Below are positions 23,413-38,400 of a stretch of DNA of 64,000 nucleotides, piece by piece; within the stretch, counting starts at the first letter, position 1, and every line of letters begins with the position of its first letter. Position numbers and translations under genes: made by a program. Location of the stretch: NCBI GenBank assembly GCA_976226885.1, contig OZ320319.1:33294001-33358000 (forward strand), read 5' to 3'. The stretch is from Iphione sp. A-MEVVRFRX5. Its lineage: Eukaryota. The notes beneath the pieces are model-generated. The model did not search any database and had not been told where the DNA came from. It worked only from the letters and a program-made list of their open reading frames with translations.

Positions 23413-26400
23413 TTGAAACATTGGGCTCGAAGGTCTATTATATATAGAAGGTGTATGATGCATGTAGTCGTATATAATATCATATTATAAATGTAGCCAT
23501 GTTTCCAATTAAATGCAAGTTTTAGCGTGTGACGTTACTTGCTGCGATCCGTAGTTCTTTCTCGCCTTTCTGCTACAGTTAGTGCGTCATTCTTAACTTG
23601 GTGAATAAAAAACCCCATGTGGACAAAAGATCCCTGTCAAGTCGGGATACATACTTTAATTAGGTGTTTTGAAGGTCCGTTCCCTCACCTGACAGTGTTA
23701 CTGACAGCGACTGGATCCAGCCATCGCAGGAAGGGTTATTTTGGGCCACTTGATCAACTAGCAATTAGTCCTGTTACTTGGACTAAACATGACATTATCG
23801 CCCTGTTTTATGTTAAAAACTCTCTCTAGAGAGTAGGGTTATTGTTCTTTTTCTACCTGCTTTGCGTCCCCCTATTTGAACTGCGATGTTTGGAGGGATA
23901 TTAGTTTGCAAACAAATGATATCCTATCTGTACATTATATATTGTTTTTTTAATTAGTATTTGTAAGACGGATTGCCATTTACCATCTTAAGTGTGATAT
24001 GTTTGCAACTTAAGTTCTTATCTCAAGAGACACTGCGTAATTCTCCGTTACCCACAGGCCTTGTATCCTATATTGTCGCCATCACCAATGCACCACTAGA
24101 TTGTATGGCGCACTCTGTACCATGCTGTCGCCATCTAATATCAACCGTTCCAGGCACATAGCAATTTTGCAAATTGTCTCAATCTGGGTTTCACGTCATT
24201 GATTACAGCAGGCAAAATTCCTCTCTTGGGAATGGCCCGAAGAATGATAGAACTGATCTTCTTGTGGATAGTATTGCTCCCGGCATTTTTGAAACTCTTC
24301 TTTCAGCTATGTGCGCTATATGTAGGCCTTGAATAGATATTTGTTTTTGTTCTCTCATGTTTTAAGACAGTTAGACGTAATAGGTACATTAATCGCCATG
24401 CGGCATGTAAACATGTATAACATAATGCTGTCATATAAATCATCTTTAGCATTGAAACCGGGCTGAGGACTATCACTTACGTACAGGTATATGCCATTCC
24501 ATGTATGTGTTGTACAGGTACATGTCTTTGCGTTCAACGAAGTGTAGCAAGCATAACATACATATAAGAACCTTTAAGGAAGAACATAATTCTCCGTTAC
24601 TATATATGGCACTGTCGATACTATTGGTGGAATCGCTTATAATCCATTTCTCTACGCACACCATCTCGACGAGCAATATACTCACGTCCTTAATAGCGGC
24701 ACGAATTTTACTTTTATCTCTTTATATTATTCTGCTCTTTCAGCTAATGTTTACCTTTGCGAGCGATAGCAGCCTTTATTGTTGTTTAAACACTCCTTTC
24801 TCGGAGTAACTGGGTTTTCTCCGCATTGGGGATGTCGGTAACGCTTTGCGTTGAGGTACAACGAGTTTCTACTGATTGGATTCACGTCGGTTTGGACCAC
24901 ATTGTTCTGTGCTATGCTACAGGCTGCTGTCCTTGATTTAATATGAAGAAATGAACGCACGGTGGTCTGAAATTTCCTGTCGCGAAAAGAATTTGAAATG
25001 CGGATTGTTGGGTGGCTCAAGGATCATTAGAAGGTAGTTAATTAAGACAGGCTCCTTGCTCCTCTACCCATTCAAAGCTTCAGATCTGTGTGTGTATACA
25101 TGTATGTGTGTGTGGTCTTTCGTTCATATGGTCTACAATATGTGGAGACAACCATCCTTAGCAGTGAATGTAGGACCGAGCACCGAGAGCCATTCGTACA
25201 AATTACACCGACGTCTACTGATTCACCCAGTAGATACTGTTTGGGATACACCTATGTCTGCCCACTTGGTCGACAAGATGCATTCTTCTCTGAGCATAAC
25301 GGTAAAGAAGAGTTGGGCACAAATGTGCTTGTTTCACAATGTGCAGAATGTTCAGATTGTACGGCTCAATGCTTCAAGAAAACTGTGCCACTTATACTCG
25401 TCTTTCAAGACTTCCTGTGAGCAATGAGCAATTCGTCCTACACCACAACATCCTCCATCGAAATAACTTACACAATGTGCACCATTTTCCTTTCTCGTAC
25501 AGTCACTTCTCAGAACTTTTCAATCATAATAGAGTCATAAATTTTTACAATACGTTCATGGGAACGTCAAGAATACAAAAAGACCAAGCATCATTGTTGT
25601 ATATGTGTACATTGTATTTAGTCCAGGTTAGTCGTGGTAAGTCCAATGCCAATAATCCCAAAGTGGTTGGGACTGGTACTGTTGCACAGCACTTGTTCTG
25701 TGCCCAGTTCCCCCTGTCCATACTTGTAGGGTCCTTTCTATCCCTGTCTTGATAGTTTCATCGAAATGATCCGTAGTATACTCACTGAAAAAGACTCAAA
25801 GGACGCACCTTGATAAGTAATGATTAACTGTGTCAGAACATTATATCCCTGGTAAAATTATTTTTAAAGCATAGATTACGAACACGCCTCCCAACGTGCA
25901 CTTAGGAGTTGTTCACTATATTTAGGGAATTTACTAAGTGTCGTCTTACTAAGAATAATTCCGCCCAGAACCAGAGAAACTGGGTGCTTGATGAGGTGTT
26001 CCTCCACCTTTCGCTAATCAATCCGATGTGCATTCTCTTTGTAACCATGCGATTAATTTGTTGTAATTGATTTCATTTGGGGAACTGCCTGGACAAACTT
26101 TGCAACTCACGTTTTCCCAAACAGCACATACACATAAAGACAGTATTGCCTTTGCAATTTATCAAGAGAATTATAGTTAATGTTCGAAAAAAGTAACCAG
26201 GACGCGGATAATTCTGGACAGATAAAATACATGTAGTAACAAAACTCCCCTAAAAGAAAGTAAATTAAAAAGTGAATTTATAGTTTTATCTTGTTCGTGG
26301 ATATCTATGGTCAATCATACATTCTTATGCAAATACGAAAACACAATCTACCGGGATACATGCTGATCAGGTACAAAATGATATTGCATCAGAGAATATC

Positions 26401-29400
26401 ATGGTGACCATCCTTGTAATGCTTCACTAAAGGACACAAAACTACGCGTGGATGGCACCTGCTTATTTCCTCAAAGGAAATTAATTTAATTTCCATGTCA
26501 TTTATATAGACCCATTAAGATGGCTTAAGTCACCAAAGCCACAGCATCCTTTAGAGAACAAAACCTTATTTTTTTTAGTGACGGGGAAAAAGCGTTGTGT
26601 GCCACCTGCCAAATCCCCTCCGATTCAGTAATAATCTCAGTTCCATTACCGATGATTGCTGCCACTGTTTCTGTTCCTTAACTCAAGCCTGTGGGACGGC
26701 GCCACCTCACGATGCAGGGATTATGTAGAGATATTACGAACGTGTCAAACACCAACATCCTAAAAGACTTGCACATAGCTCTACATATGTATGTACATGT
26801 ATACCAAAGCAATCTATTGCGCCGATGCTCACGTCCTGTCTGCATCCTTCACTCCACGCATCTGAACGAACAGTTGGGCGTGTGTAAATAGAATCGGACC
26901 GTTTTGCAGTGAAAATTGTCTCATAAAGTTGGACCTAATCAATCTTGTGGACATATGTCTATCAAACATTTGTCAAATAGATTTCTCTTTTCTATTTAAA
27001 ACGGGCCTTTTATTTTTCCTCTTCGCGTTAAAGAATTCATTGTTAGCCACAATCGTAGATATTTGAATGCTGCTTTAATATGGTCATTCTACTCCAGTAT
27101 GACGGCGGCTCGGTGTCTAGGATAGAATGTATGATTTATATCATGCTTCTAAATGGCACCATGTCTAGCTGTACTGCACAAGGCCTCTCCTATAAAATAT
27201 TCATTCGAAAAATGTTTGCTTGATAAATGTGCTTTAAGCGACTCATTTGCCAATGGATATTGACAGCTGAGCATTGAAGGCGCTATGCGGCGAGAAGGGG
27301 GGGATATAATAGATATCAGGTCAGCAACGAACAAAAACGAATACATGAATTTCGAAACGGGCCCACCGCCACATCCACGACAGAAACTGTACCGCTGCCA
27401 TACAAATGTTCTGGACTGCTGCGTAGGGCAATAGTTTGGGGGGGGGGGGGTTGCGGAATCGACGCTCGGTCACAAGAGAACGAGAGCGGGCCGTGGGGGT
27501 GGCTATGGCTTGAGGAAGTGAGCAGCACCGAGCTTCAGGAGGAGTAGGAGTGAGGAGACAGACTGAAGCGGGAGCAGCAACAGCCGGAGCAACTCAGAAG
27601 CAGCTCGCGAACAACTCACTACCAGCTCACCAACCCGGGCAGCTCAGCAGTGGGCAGGTCGTCGAGCGGCAGGTGATAATGACGCAGGTCCTGCTGGTAA
27701 TGCGCTGACCGCGGAAGGGAGCGTTGAAAAAGGCCAACCCAGACCCCGACAGATAACGGTCGCCTGATTATTATCACTGGCTATCTCCTCCGTCTTCACC
27801 TGTCATTGTCGAATTGATTGTGATTTGGGCAAATCATCTTCACAAAGAAAAGACGTCACCCAGCACACTCGGCCATGCACTCTTCCCCATTATACCATGT
27901 GATAATAGGCACATCTGCGTAGATAGCGTGGTGCATTATAAATGAGGATTGTAACATTGTTACCACTGCCATATACCTGCTGGAGCTTCTTAGGATATCT
28001 TACGTGCTCCTTTCGCATGGCAAAAAAAACCCAGACCGAACTACAAGATGGACGCTTACATGTAACACCGCTATATTTCACCAGCACTGACGTGTAGAAC
28101 TCACGGCTAGTGCTGTCCTATCGGTGTCTCTTCTTAGCATTGTTGAATTCAACTCCAAGCGTTAATGTCTTGGGTCGGTGTGGTGCGCGTTGTCATGGTC
28201 ACCGTCAGGGACGTCCTCTGCCGCTGGTGCTGGGTAAGCGTCGTTGGCGAGGACTGCTTCTATAACCAGCAGCAGTGCTGCGGGGCAGCAGCCCACCCGC
28301 AGGCGGGCTACACTCGGAGGACGGTCGGCCAGCTCAATTGGTGGTCCGGGGTGATTAAACAGTGCTACTGCCTGCAGTGTCCCACTGTTACCATCGACAT
28401 ACTCCCAAACTGACCAGGCCGGTTTGCGCAAATGCTAAACATGAGACGCGCCCCAGGGATCAAAAGAACGAAATGCGCCACTGTCCTGAGGTTCTTCTAA
28501 GGCGTAGCGTCCCTCCCCTGTCACCAAGGTAACGTACAAGCAGTCCCCTAGACGATCTCTATGACTGTTTATCCGCACAGCAACGCATATACACCACAAA
28601 TTGGAACGTCCAAAATCCGTGTTATTATTCATAAAGTGTCGTTAGCAGAAACAGAATGGCGAAGACACCAAAATAGAACCCCAAGTGATTTCCTGCTTGA
28701 ACCACCACAACCGCGCTATTCACATGCTTCAATGAATGCAATCAGTCATTTGATCCTCATTTGTCAGCCGACCTGATGTCAGGTCTCAACAATGTCGGAA
28801 GCAGGTGACGGACCAGGGTTGTCCCTAGAGAAAACACCATGAAAGCAGTCAGCGGCTAACAGCAGCGAACAAACCACAGTGTTGCTGCCAACAAACGCCA
28901 AATATTTAGCAGCGGGATAATGAACCGTGACACATTCGTGCCACCCTTGTGCTCACCCATGGAAATGAGCTGTTTACATTAGAGAGACACTCAACAGCGA
29001 CTAGGAAAACGGTACTGAGCAGACGGCGCAATTGATTCTCTGCCGTCAGATGTCAGCTTAGTATTATGCTCTGTATAGATTAGGTGAGATCAGAACTCTC
29101 GCCTGCATCGCTGTGTTACATCAGGCACGAGGTTGGACCCGCAGGTAGACGGGCGAGGGAGTAGTTGGTGGTGTATGGCGCGCTGACCGTGCTTTGCGGC
29201 GCCGGGATGCGTAGGCACGGCTACAACCGCCCGCGTCCGCCGCTGTCCGCCTGAGCAGCCGCTGCTGCCGCCGCTACTGCCGAGGCGGCAGCCCCTCTCG
29301 CTACAGTCGCTGCTGCTCTTGCTGCGCCTGCCAAATAAGCTGCCACACGCCCACCCGACGACGCGCGCTCGCCACGCTTGCTGCGTTGCATTCGCCGCTT

Positions 29401-32400
29401 GCCAAATGAGATACAATTGTTGTGTTGGCAGTCCTGTCCGATCGCTGCTTGCAACAAGCAACAGTGCCGCGATCTCAAGCGCAACAAAGGTACTCATCCC
29501 CAGCAGGAAGGTGAACATGTAGGACCTTCGGGATTACTAAACGGGAATTTGGACGCCGATCCTATTTCTTTCAATTTCGCTTCACGCGAAGGATTTCGTG
29601 GCCTCTGCTGACCGGGGATTTCGTGCTAAACTTGATCATCCTCTCGTGTTTTTGATCGTCCGATGGTGCAGCCCTAACCCAAAGGATAAACACGAGGATT
29701 TACGTCACGACATGGGAGGAATTCAAGATAAGGTGCTTCGAAAGCCAAGTATAGGTGATTATATTAAATTCAAAATCAAAAATTTGTCTGCACAGCCGAA
29801 CAGTTACACGACATAATTTCCATCTACCTACAAAAGTCTAATTGAAACGCCTGTCCCACTTCAACTGTTTGCGCAACTCGCCTCATGGGCAGCAACTGTT
29901 GCAATACACTTGTAATGCTCACATAAACCACGTTCTGAAATAGAGTATATCCTGCCACCATGTAACCACAAATTATTCACAAGGAATAACTAAAGCGCAC
30001 TACAAGACGGCACAATTCCCCGAACGAACAATGTATTGCATTAACAGTGTCCGACACCTTATCTACTCCGCACATCTTTATATATATTTAGTGTATTAAT
30101 AATGAATCATCGTCGTACACACATACGTTTGCATGAATACGGAATGATTCCTTCCTTCCTAGGACCTTGCGATAAACAGGACCAAAGAAACACTCATATC
30201 CAGCAAGTCGCTGAATGAATGAAGTTGAAGCACCATTTAGTAATCTTTGCCAGTTGGCAGACAGTACGAACGGTTCTCTCAGGCCCGGCATTATCAGATC
30301 GATATGCGATTGCAGAGCCCATCGCCGTTTATCCTAGTTTTCTGCTGGAGATGAAGTATATCATACATCGACTAGAAAGGCGTTGGCTGGGCATCGCCTG
30401 TCAAAGATAAGGTTGCAATCTGACGCATGCGCTTTTTCAAGATACGGAGAAATGCTGATTGCCACAGGCATCATCCCCTACAGCGCAATGAATGATAAAC
30501 GCTCACCCCAGAGCCGACGTGTCCTTTACGCTCAATAACGGATTTCAAGACCGTGATGTGTTGAGCGATAATTTGACGGTTTCAATATCAGTTACAAATC
30601 TTTCGTACTGCACATTCACAAATACATATTCAACGAGGGATCAAATCATGAGCACATCCAACATACACACCGACTCACTAATCAAAGTTATTTTACCTCG
30701 AGGAATTCGCCCAATGCTGGTTATTTATAGGACTCGCGACGGGGATGGTACCGACCACCTAACTTTTCAACACGGAGCCAACAGTTCAACACCATTTCCT
30801 CCGACCGTTGCACGGGCGGTTTGGAATCAAAACAATTTAACATAAGTCGCTTTTCCCTGAGCTGATAAGTCCGCCAAGCAAAATACAAGGCTTCGTGCAC
30901 GGAACTAAGCCTGGGTGGGCTACGACGTTTGTGGACCCTGCCTCCACAGTTGCGATTACTGCCAGGTGCTACTGACTGGTGCCTGTCGATCCTTACCGCC
31001 TTCTCCTCCATTGGAGCGGCATGCTGTGTCGCTGGCTTTCAGTACTGTGCTTTTAGCCGTACTACACGAGCAGCTCTGGCACCGATTTACTGCCAGCTGA
31101 CCGCTGTCTGCTCGATGATTAGCGCAGTCAATTGAGGAGCGGACGCAAGAATTTCCTTGGGAATAACAGACAAGAAGGCTGGGGTTGACCCAGCACCCTA
31201 ATGCCAGATAATTCCTGTTTTTGCGGGGACAGTCGTCTGAAGAGAGTCATACAAAACGTACCGCTTTGCCAAGCCTAAAGGTATTCTTATTTGACTGAAC
31301 AAACCATCCTTTCAAGCTTGGAGCTTTCGTCCTGCCCATTACCAATATGGATATATTAATGTCCTAATTATCACTGCCGACGTGAATATTTACTCTTAGT
31401 AAAAGAGGACAGCTACTAAACGTGGGATATGCTTTCATCGTGGAAGCTAGGATATCCTCCTGTGATTATTCAGGAGACGATGGCACCTACTTAGTGACCC
31501 ATCAGTATACAGGGTGATGCTACCTGATATATATAATTATATATATATAGCCAGTGCACCCTGATCTAACCTCCTTTGCACTTCGTTATACGATCCTAAT
31601 GGGTGGATCAAAGACTACATGTAACGCGCCAACCTACACTGGTGGGCTTTCATAAAATTCACCTACCCATCCTGAGGCCACTGCCGCTCAGTGGAGGTCG
31701 GGACGAAAGATAATCTTGCTACTTCGCTGGCTGTCACACCTGTGCGCTCACAACTTAGGTGCCTCTACAGTGGTCATCCGGAATGACTGCTATCGGGACG
31801 ACATCGTCATGACAAGGCCTGTATCTAACGTGACTAGTTCACTGACTGAGTAAATATCTCAATATTTTATTTTCAAGGGGGAATATTCCCTGCTGAACTA
31901 GGAGAGCTATCGATGGCGACGATTTCTTATGGAACGTGCGTATAAAGATGTGTAACGTTACTGAATACATATGCATGTAAATTGTACTTGGCGCTGAGCT
32001 TCCCCTTCCCTAATAGGAGCGGCACATTCCACGCACTATAGCATGATCATACAAGAAGTAGAAACGACAATATGATTTGAGGACACTGTGGGAAGATCAG
32101 CTTCTTCATACTATTCATTTGGTCGTACATGAGGCACACACGACATATTAAGTGTACTTTGTGGAGGAGTCTTATCAGAAATCCAACATTTGAAAGGATT
32201 TAACCTGCCAAAGGCTTCTTGGGAGCCTGCTAGGATTCATCCGTCGTTAGAGACATACGCAGGCAAAAGCACGGATAACATTCCAAAGAAACATCACCAT
32301 GGGTTTCATCCAAAGCAAGTTCCTACCACCTATAGCACCGGGTAACTACATTTTATACAATTATTATATAATTCATACTCGTCCTATCATCCTACATGTT

Positions 32401-34049
32401 TCTCATGTATTTGTATGTCTGTCTCTCACACTCACAGAACTGACACTCTCCACGCCGCTTACCATGGAAAGCTGCATGTTTGTTGACAGAATTTGTTATA
32501 CATTTGCTCGCTACACGCCGTTCTATAGACAGGATAAAACACAGACCGTTAACATGAACACACATTGTACATGAAAATCAAATAATGCAGGTCCCAGATA
32601 AGATTCCCCCATAGTTCATTTAGCACGCAGCAGCCTTTTCGTATTATACCTGCAGAATGCTTTCAGAGAAATGTATGTCATGGACTATTTTTATGTCGCG
32701 ATGACTGTATCAATATAAGCTGAGACTGTATTCTCGATTTCTTAAGTGAAAATTTCTTAACACCGAGACTCAGTTTTTCGTTTCTCCTTTAGAGAGCTAT
32801 ACACTTACATCTGTTGAATCATGCTAGTAATAACGATTATGTGGTAATATATGCTGAATGTTGGACCCCGCTCGCAAACTTTTCCTCCGAAAAGCCACAT
32901 ATATTTTACGTAGCGCTGTGAACACTTCTAGTTTCACTCTCTCGTGGTAGGTATACGTCGAATAGGAAAGTCACCTTTATTTCCCATAAAGCGTCATTGT
33001 GATTCTCAATTGGCCTTCCCTTACCCGGCACGCCTGTGGCCTTAACATAGAATCACCTGCTTTGCAGTAGAAACCTGACATTTGCAGCGTCGAGTTCTGC
33101 AGCCAGTGAAATGCTATTAGTTCACCTGTCACTGTGGACATGCTGTTCAGGTGACTATAGAGTTCCGTTATGACTGTACTCCCACCTGCCGGCCACCCAT
33201 GGATGCGGGTCTTTTACTAAAGGCAGTTATTTTAACCTCATTTACCTCGACTACCATATTTAAGAAAACCGACATACGTGCATATTGAATATACTAATCT
33301 ATACAGTCAGTATGCCCCATCCTTCACTTCATTCTGGTAAATGAACGGAAAATGCTTTAAGAAATTAGTTTTCTGTAAGATATCGTAGACACTCGTACAT
33401 CATGTTTCCCACAGACTCGAGGCAGTCAATTCCTGATGCCGACTGACAAGAGTTGCCATAGATTCGTTTTTACATGTTTAAATGATAAAGACATTCAAAA
33501 ACGGCGGGCAAATTTGCAGTGAGGTGAATAGGTATGGACTGTCCCTTGCAAGTAGATGGGGATTGCAAGGTGGTAATTCGAGGCAGCTGCTATGGGGAAG
33601 CGTAATCTACCTTGATTAGTCACTAATGGTGTATTTTGAACAAAAACAACAGCAATCAGTACATCACGGGTATAGCCTCACAGCTGCATGCAAAGCCTAT
33701 TTGGTAATCAGGTTCTGTTCTCATCACTGGCAGCGCAATTATGGTGTCATCGTTCGCGATGGAGCGTTCTGTCATAACTGAGAATAGGAAACACGATTAC
33801 GCCTGTTGTAATAATGACAGGAACCCTACAAGGCAGAGAAGATCTGAAATAAGTATTTACGAACCCATCTAGATATTGGCGGTTTTGTTCGTCCACGGCA
33901 GATTAGCATACAGGATCCTTTACATAATTGATACAAGTATTATAGTATGTAGATGCCCACCGTGATGTGAAGATAGATTGCAGACTTTAAGGACTTCTAA
34001 GGATCGGTAAACAGTGTGGTTCAAGATTCGCTTCAACATGAGATTAATA

Positions 34050-34226
34050 CAGTGGAAAGCCACCTTAGGGACATGTCTCCAATAAGGGGCATGTCTCTAA
34101 TAGGGACACTTTTAGGAAGAACAGATTTTATAGGTCTATATTAAAAGAATCTCTAATAGGGACATGTCTCAAACAGGGACACTTTGGGACAGAACCAAGG
34201 GTGTCCTGATTAGAGGCCTTCCGCTG
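34050..34226. mobile_element. Tc1/mariner (pogo/Tigger-like) MITE, 177 bp
   Basis: Left end CAGTGGAAAGCC; right-end reverse complement CAGCGGAAGGCC. TA TSD at 34048-34049 and 34227-34228. Internal repeated AGGGACA(C/T) and ATGTCTC motifs. Confidence 0.85.
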
Positions 34227-35249
34227 TATTTAAGAGTATGAATGTAATTGTTCTTTACATTTTTGGCTTAAATACTGCTAATACTGCACGCTAAAGTGAA
34301 ACCGAGTCTACCACTACTGCCATGGGAACAATGTAAATTATTTAGAGTAGGGTGTGACTTTGACGAATGCATTTCCGCTTTGCATAAAGCAGCCATCGCT
34401 CACTTTAGTGGCATTCTTTCGGCACCGGCAAAATGGATCAGCAAAGTGAACCAGGATCCTTGACGGCGGGGAAAAGTCCTGCTGCTCAACTCACTTCTAC
34501 AAAAGATCAATTACACCTCTCAACGAGGTTCTCTCTCCGCAAGCCGTAACTATGCCCAGAAGAGCGAGTGTTTTTTTTGTGTGTGTTACAGATGCACCCA
34601 AATAATTTTGCATTGCGAGTAACATGTGCTTATCTTCCGATTGGTGTTTATCTGAAAGCACCCACCAAATAATGCTGGGGAGCATGATTGATATTTCTCC
34701 TATCTCCTCAAACATGAATCGTTTATTCGAATGTGGCCAATGCCAGCTTATGCGCAGCACTGGGACAACTAGTTATCAGAGAACATCACGCTATTTTATG
34801 TTCAGCAGCCCGAAGCGTGAGGCACTCTCTATGCCTGCCGGACATCTCAACCAACCTTGTGGGCATCAGGAGATATCAAACTGATCAATTATTTAGAAAG
34901 ATCAATTGAGACTAGTCGATATCGAACATGCAACGTCTAGTTTATTATGCTCGGTTGCTCTTCTATCTCGGTTGGCTTGGCACCTTGGATTATATCTAAT
35001 CTTTTATTCAATTACTTTTTGGATATCTTTCGCTTTGTTCGCAACGAAAGCCAGACAACAAAATGGCTAAACATGAGGGCAAGCGCAGTATCTGATACTT
35101 GCGTTCTTTCGGAAGTTACAGCATGAGGCGGATCCCAGTTTCAGCCTGGCGACTGGGGCTAGCATAATATACTTTTGTTTCCCATTAATAATTTAAAGGT
35201 GCCGAAAAATTCATTGCGGTGGGAAAACGAATCTGACGCAACAATTAGT

Positions 35250-35720
35250 CATGCAGGACACGTTATGCAGGATTCCGACCGAAGGTTTGGCGACGGTAAA
35301 TGATTGATGCTGTTGTTGCCATCTAACCGCCGTATTGTGCATAGCTCCTGCAGCTGTCACATTAGGGAAGAAATGAATTAAGTACATGTATTCCTGCCAT
35401 CCACCCTGGTGGATGCATCACTTGACCAGTTCCACGAATACCAAAAATGCTTACAATGTATGGTCAAAGTGCGAATGTGCTGGCCTGTTCGTTTTTAGAA
35501 AAGAATACATGTAATGATAATGATAAGCGTAATGAATTATTTTGGGAAAGCTGTGGGGTGCAACGTCGATGTTCATTATGACTATATGCTCTGAACGTCA
35601 AGTCAATCCGCTCTATCCGAGGCAACTGATTATATATGAGTCGAAAAAAAAACAATACCGAGTCTGGTATTCCATCAAAACCCATTACGTTACTATCTAT
35701 TGAGTACAAACAATTAATCA
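35250..35720 (-). pseudogene. CR1/L2-type LINE RT N-terminal remnant
   Basis: ORF 35464-35838 contains LINCLYSIDSNVMGFDGIPDSVL (cf. LxxLDxNKAxGPDGIPxxVL) and NNSLRLSLSLHVFFSKNE (cf. NYRPISLLxVFSKILE). Confidence 0.45.
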
Positions 35721-38079
35721 AAGAGAGAGGATAAGCCTCAAGCACGGCCTCGCTACGAAGTCGCTCAAAGGAGGCGGGATTGGCTCTGGCGAAGGTTGGA
35801 GCTCCTCGCCGGGTTGCGTTCCCCTTTGTCGAGCACAATTAGTGGCATAATGTCTACAAGAGATAGCGGCCCATCCATTATACATCGTGCGACTCGTGTC
35901 TCATCACTACAGCATCCTGTTTCAAAATTGGAGAAATTCAAAGCGGGCTTGATTAAGTCTTGCGTTTAAGAAACAGCTCGCAAATCCATCGTAGCTGCGT
36001 GGCATTTCAAGGCAGGTCTTTATGAAGCCTATCATAGCGTACGCTTTTGGGCCAGTTAAGCACTTCGATCCTTCAAGCTCCCTTTGATGAAAACGTCTGA
36101 GAAACACGTACCAAGAAGACATTCTAACTGATCGTGAAAAGGCATTTCTCCCCAGCGGCAGACTGTCTGGGTAGAATCGTGAAAGTTATGTACGATTCTA
36201 CGGCCATTTCGGCCGCTGAAGAGGCAAAGAGCTGACCTCGCAGGTTTCCCACCTTCTTCTCTTGTGTCTATCCAGGTTCTCAAGACAGGTCAATAGGAAG
36301 AAAATCCCTTTTGCCCCACCCGACCATTAAGCTGTCTAGAACCGAACCAAAGGGATCACTTGAAAAGATTGTCGCGTCCAAGTCTCTCTGATCGTCTTCT
36401 GGAAGGAACGTCTCGACTGGATAGGTACCCTGTTATCTGGAAACCCCAAGAGAACCTCCCGTTATGGCTGGGTAGACACACTATATAGCGAATCTTGCCA
36501 TGTGCTACAGCATTGATGGCACTAGTGTGAGTCTAGAGGTTGGCCTGAATATTTAAAATCAACAACCCTCATCAACGTGGTCTTCATGTTAAACAGACAC
36601 ACTTGACTGTGACAACACATTTGTCAGATTTAAAGTAGGAAATTCGTACAGTTTTGAACAAGTATATGACGTTGTAAATAGGAGAATATGATCCAACTAA
36701 AAGACGTAGAAAAAGCAAGGAAAGGAAAGACGGTTCTTATTTTTGCCATTTCTACAGGAACTAAAAATGCTAGGAGCCTTACCCCTTTTCTTAGGTTACG
36801 TTCCCAAGCTTGGCTACCCCTTCGAGCGTTAGAAAGCGTACGTATAGAAACAAAGGGGAAACTGGAAAGCAAGAAGGGGCACCATATGACCCCTCCCTCC
36901 ATCTTTTACGACCTATTTCCCTCCCAAGAGGTCGTCGTTCATGTGAATAGCTTCCCTCTGGCAAGCTGCCTTTGCAACCTTGCCACCTCACATTCGGGAG
37001 CGAATGAATGGTATATGCTTACGATGTCCTGCCTATAGGCAAACATCGCGCTTTGTAGGAGATGCGTCTTGCCCAGCTGCGTTTGACTTTCCTACTAAAA
37101 GGTTTCCTTCGCCATTTTGGGCTGAAAACGTTTTCTAATTTACTTCTTAGCCCATAATCTGTTCTTAGCAAGCTTATGACAAATCATTTGAGTTCAGTTT
37201 AGCGTATTCCCGCATTCCCTTTGTGTGTACACATTTATATATATATATATTTATCTTTTTTTTTGGGGGGGGGGGTGTTGCTATTGCTTAAGAGAATAAG
37301 GATAACGAATAATCGTAACTGACCATGGTTAGTTTCTATAACAAGTGTTTCAAAGAATTGTGTAATCGGCAATGTTGTAACTAAAGGGCAAAGACTGAAG
37401 TGGTGAAAACGTTCCAAAGTAATTCCCAAAGATATGTAGAAGACTTTTCTTTTGGAATGGCTTTAGAAGGGAACACAACACTCAATCAGGTCTACCTATT
37501 GATTGAGGATCTCAAGGGCCAAGAAAATTACACAGTGTTTGCATCACATATGCCTACTACATAAATTATTTTCTACATGGACTTTGTACCACATTAAAGG
37601 CGGTTATTCTGGGCCGAGGAGCCAAGAGCTATGTCGCGTAATTCTTCGATGCGATAATGCAGTGTTCTGTTGATGGCATTTACTTTCGAAGAAAACATCA
37701 CCGCCTCAGATCCTATCTTCTAACTCTCATTTCACACGTGCGTAAAACTGAATTAGGGAGAGACCAAGGTGCTTTCGATATAAAAATTAAGATCGCTCGT
37801 TGGAGACTGGCCTGTGCCTGCCACAGCCGCCCTGAGCCCATTCTGATTGATTGGTCTGATAGAAGGTCCACCCAGCGCCAGGGGCCTGGCAGTCGGCTGG
37901 GGGAGGCTTCCATGTTTGGAAGGAACTGGACGACCGTGAAACAAAGCTTGCGCCAATGTTTTAGTCGCCGCTCGGGGAATTGTAATTGGAGGCGCACGTT
38001 GGGCAGGTAGCCGCCTCAGGCGCAGTTTGACCAAATCGTAGAGTTTAGTCATAACACCGTCCACCATCCAAGACTGGTA

Positions 38080-38400
38080 GACAGACTTTCTCTCTCTACC
38101 AATCCGAAAATTACCTTTACATAACTCTGTCGTAGTCGTAAATGTGATGGTCCCCGAGGAAGGTTAGAACAGATGGTGGTAAATAATTCGATTTAGTAAC
38201 ATCAAGAGTAACTTTGCACCTACATGTATCCCCAAGCTCTCCAATTTGTTATCAATCAGCCAAGTTCCCTCAAATGCTGGAATTCATATAGTAATTATTT
38301 ATATAGGCAATGAATTATGGACGTTGTCTCTACAACTACGTTGCATAGGATGAATACATTGGTCTAGGGTTACAATGGGCATCAACGGGTAGACGAATCA
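38080..38400 (-). pseudogene. CR1-type LINE RT remnant
   Basis: The minus frame reads QCIHPMQRSCRDNV..IITI*IPAFEGTWLIDNKLESLGIHVGAKLLLMLLNR. Compare QxGFxxxRSC..VIFLDISKAFDxVW...KLESLGIxGxLLxWxxxYLxNR. Confidence 0.55.

Noticed and set aside
24180-24310. Gypsy RT/RNase H connection-like STRRSVLSFFG on the minus strand
   Set aside because: Single motif with no supporting neighbours.
27095-27200. hAT transposase-like QYDGGSV...CTAQGL
   Set aside because: Two short words only, with spacing shorter than typical and the CxxH histidine missing.
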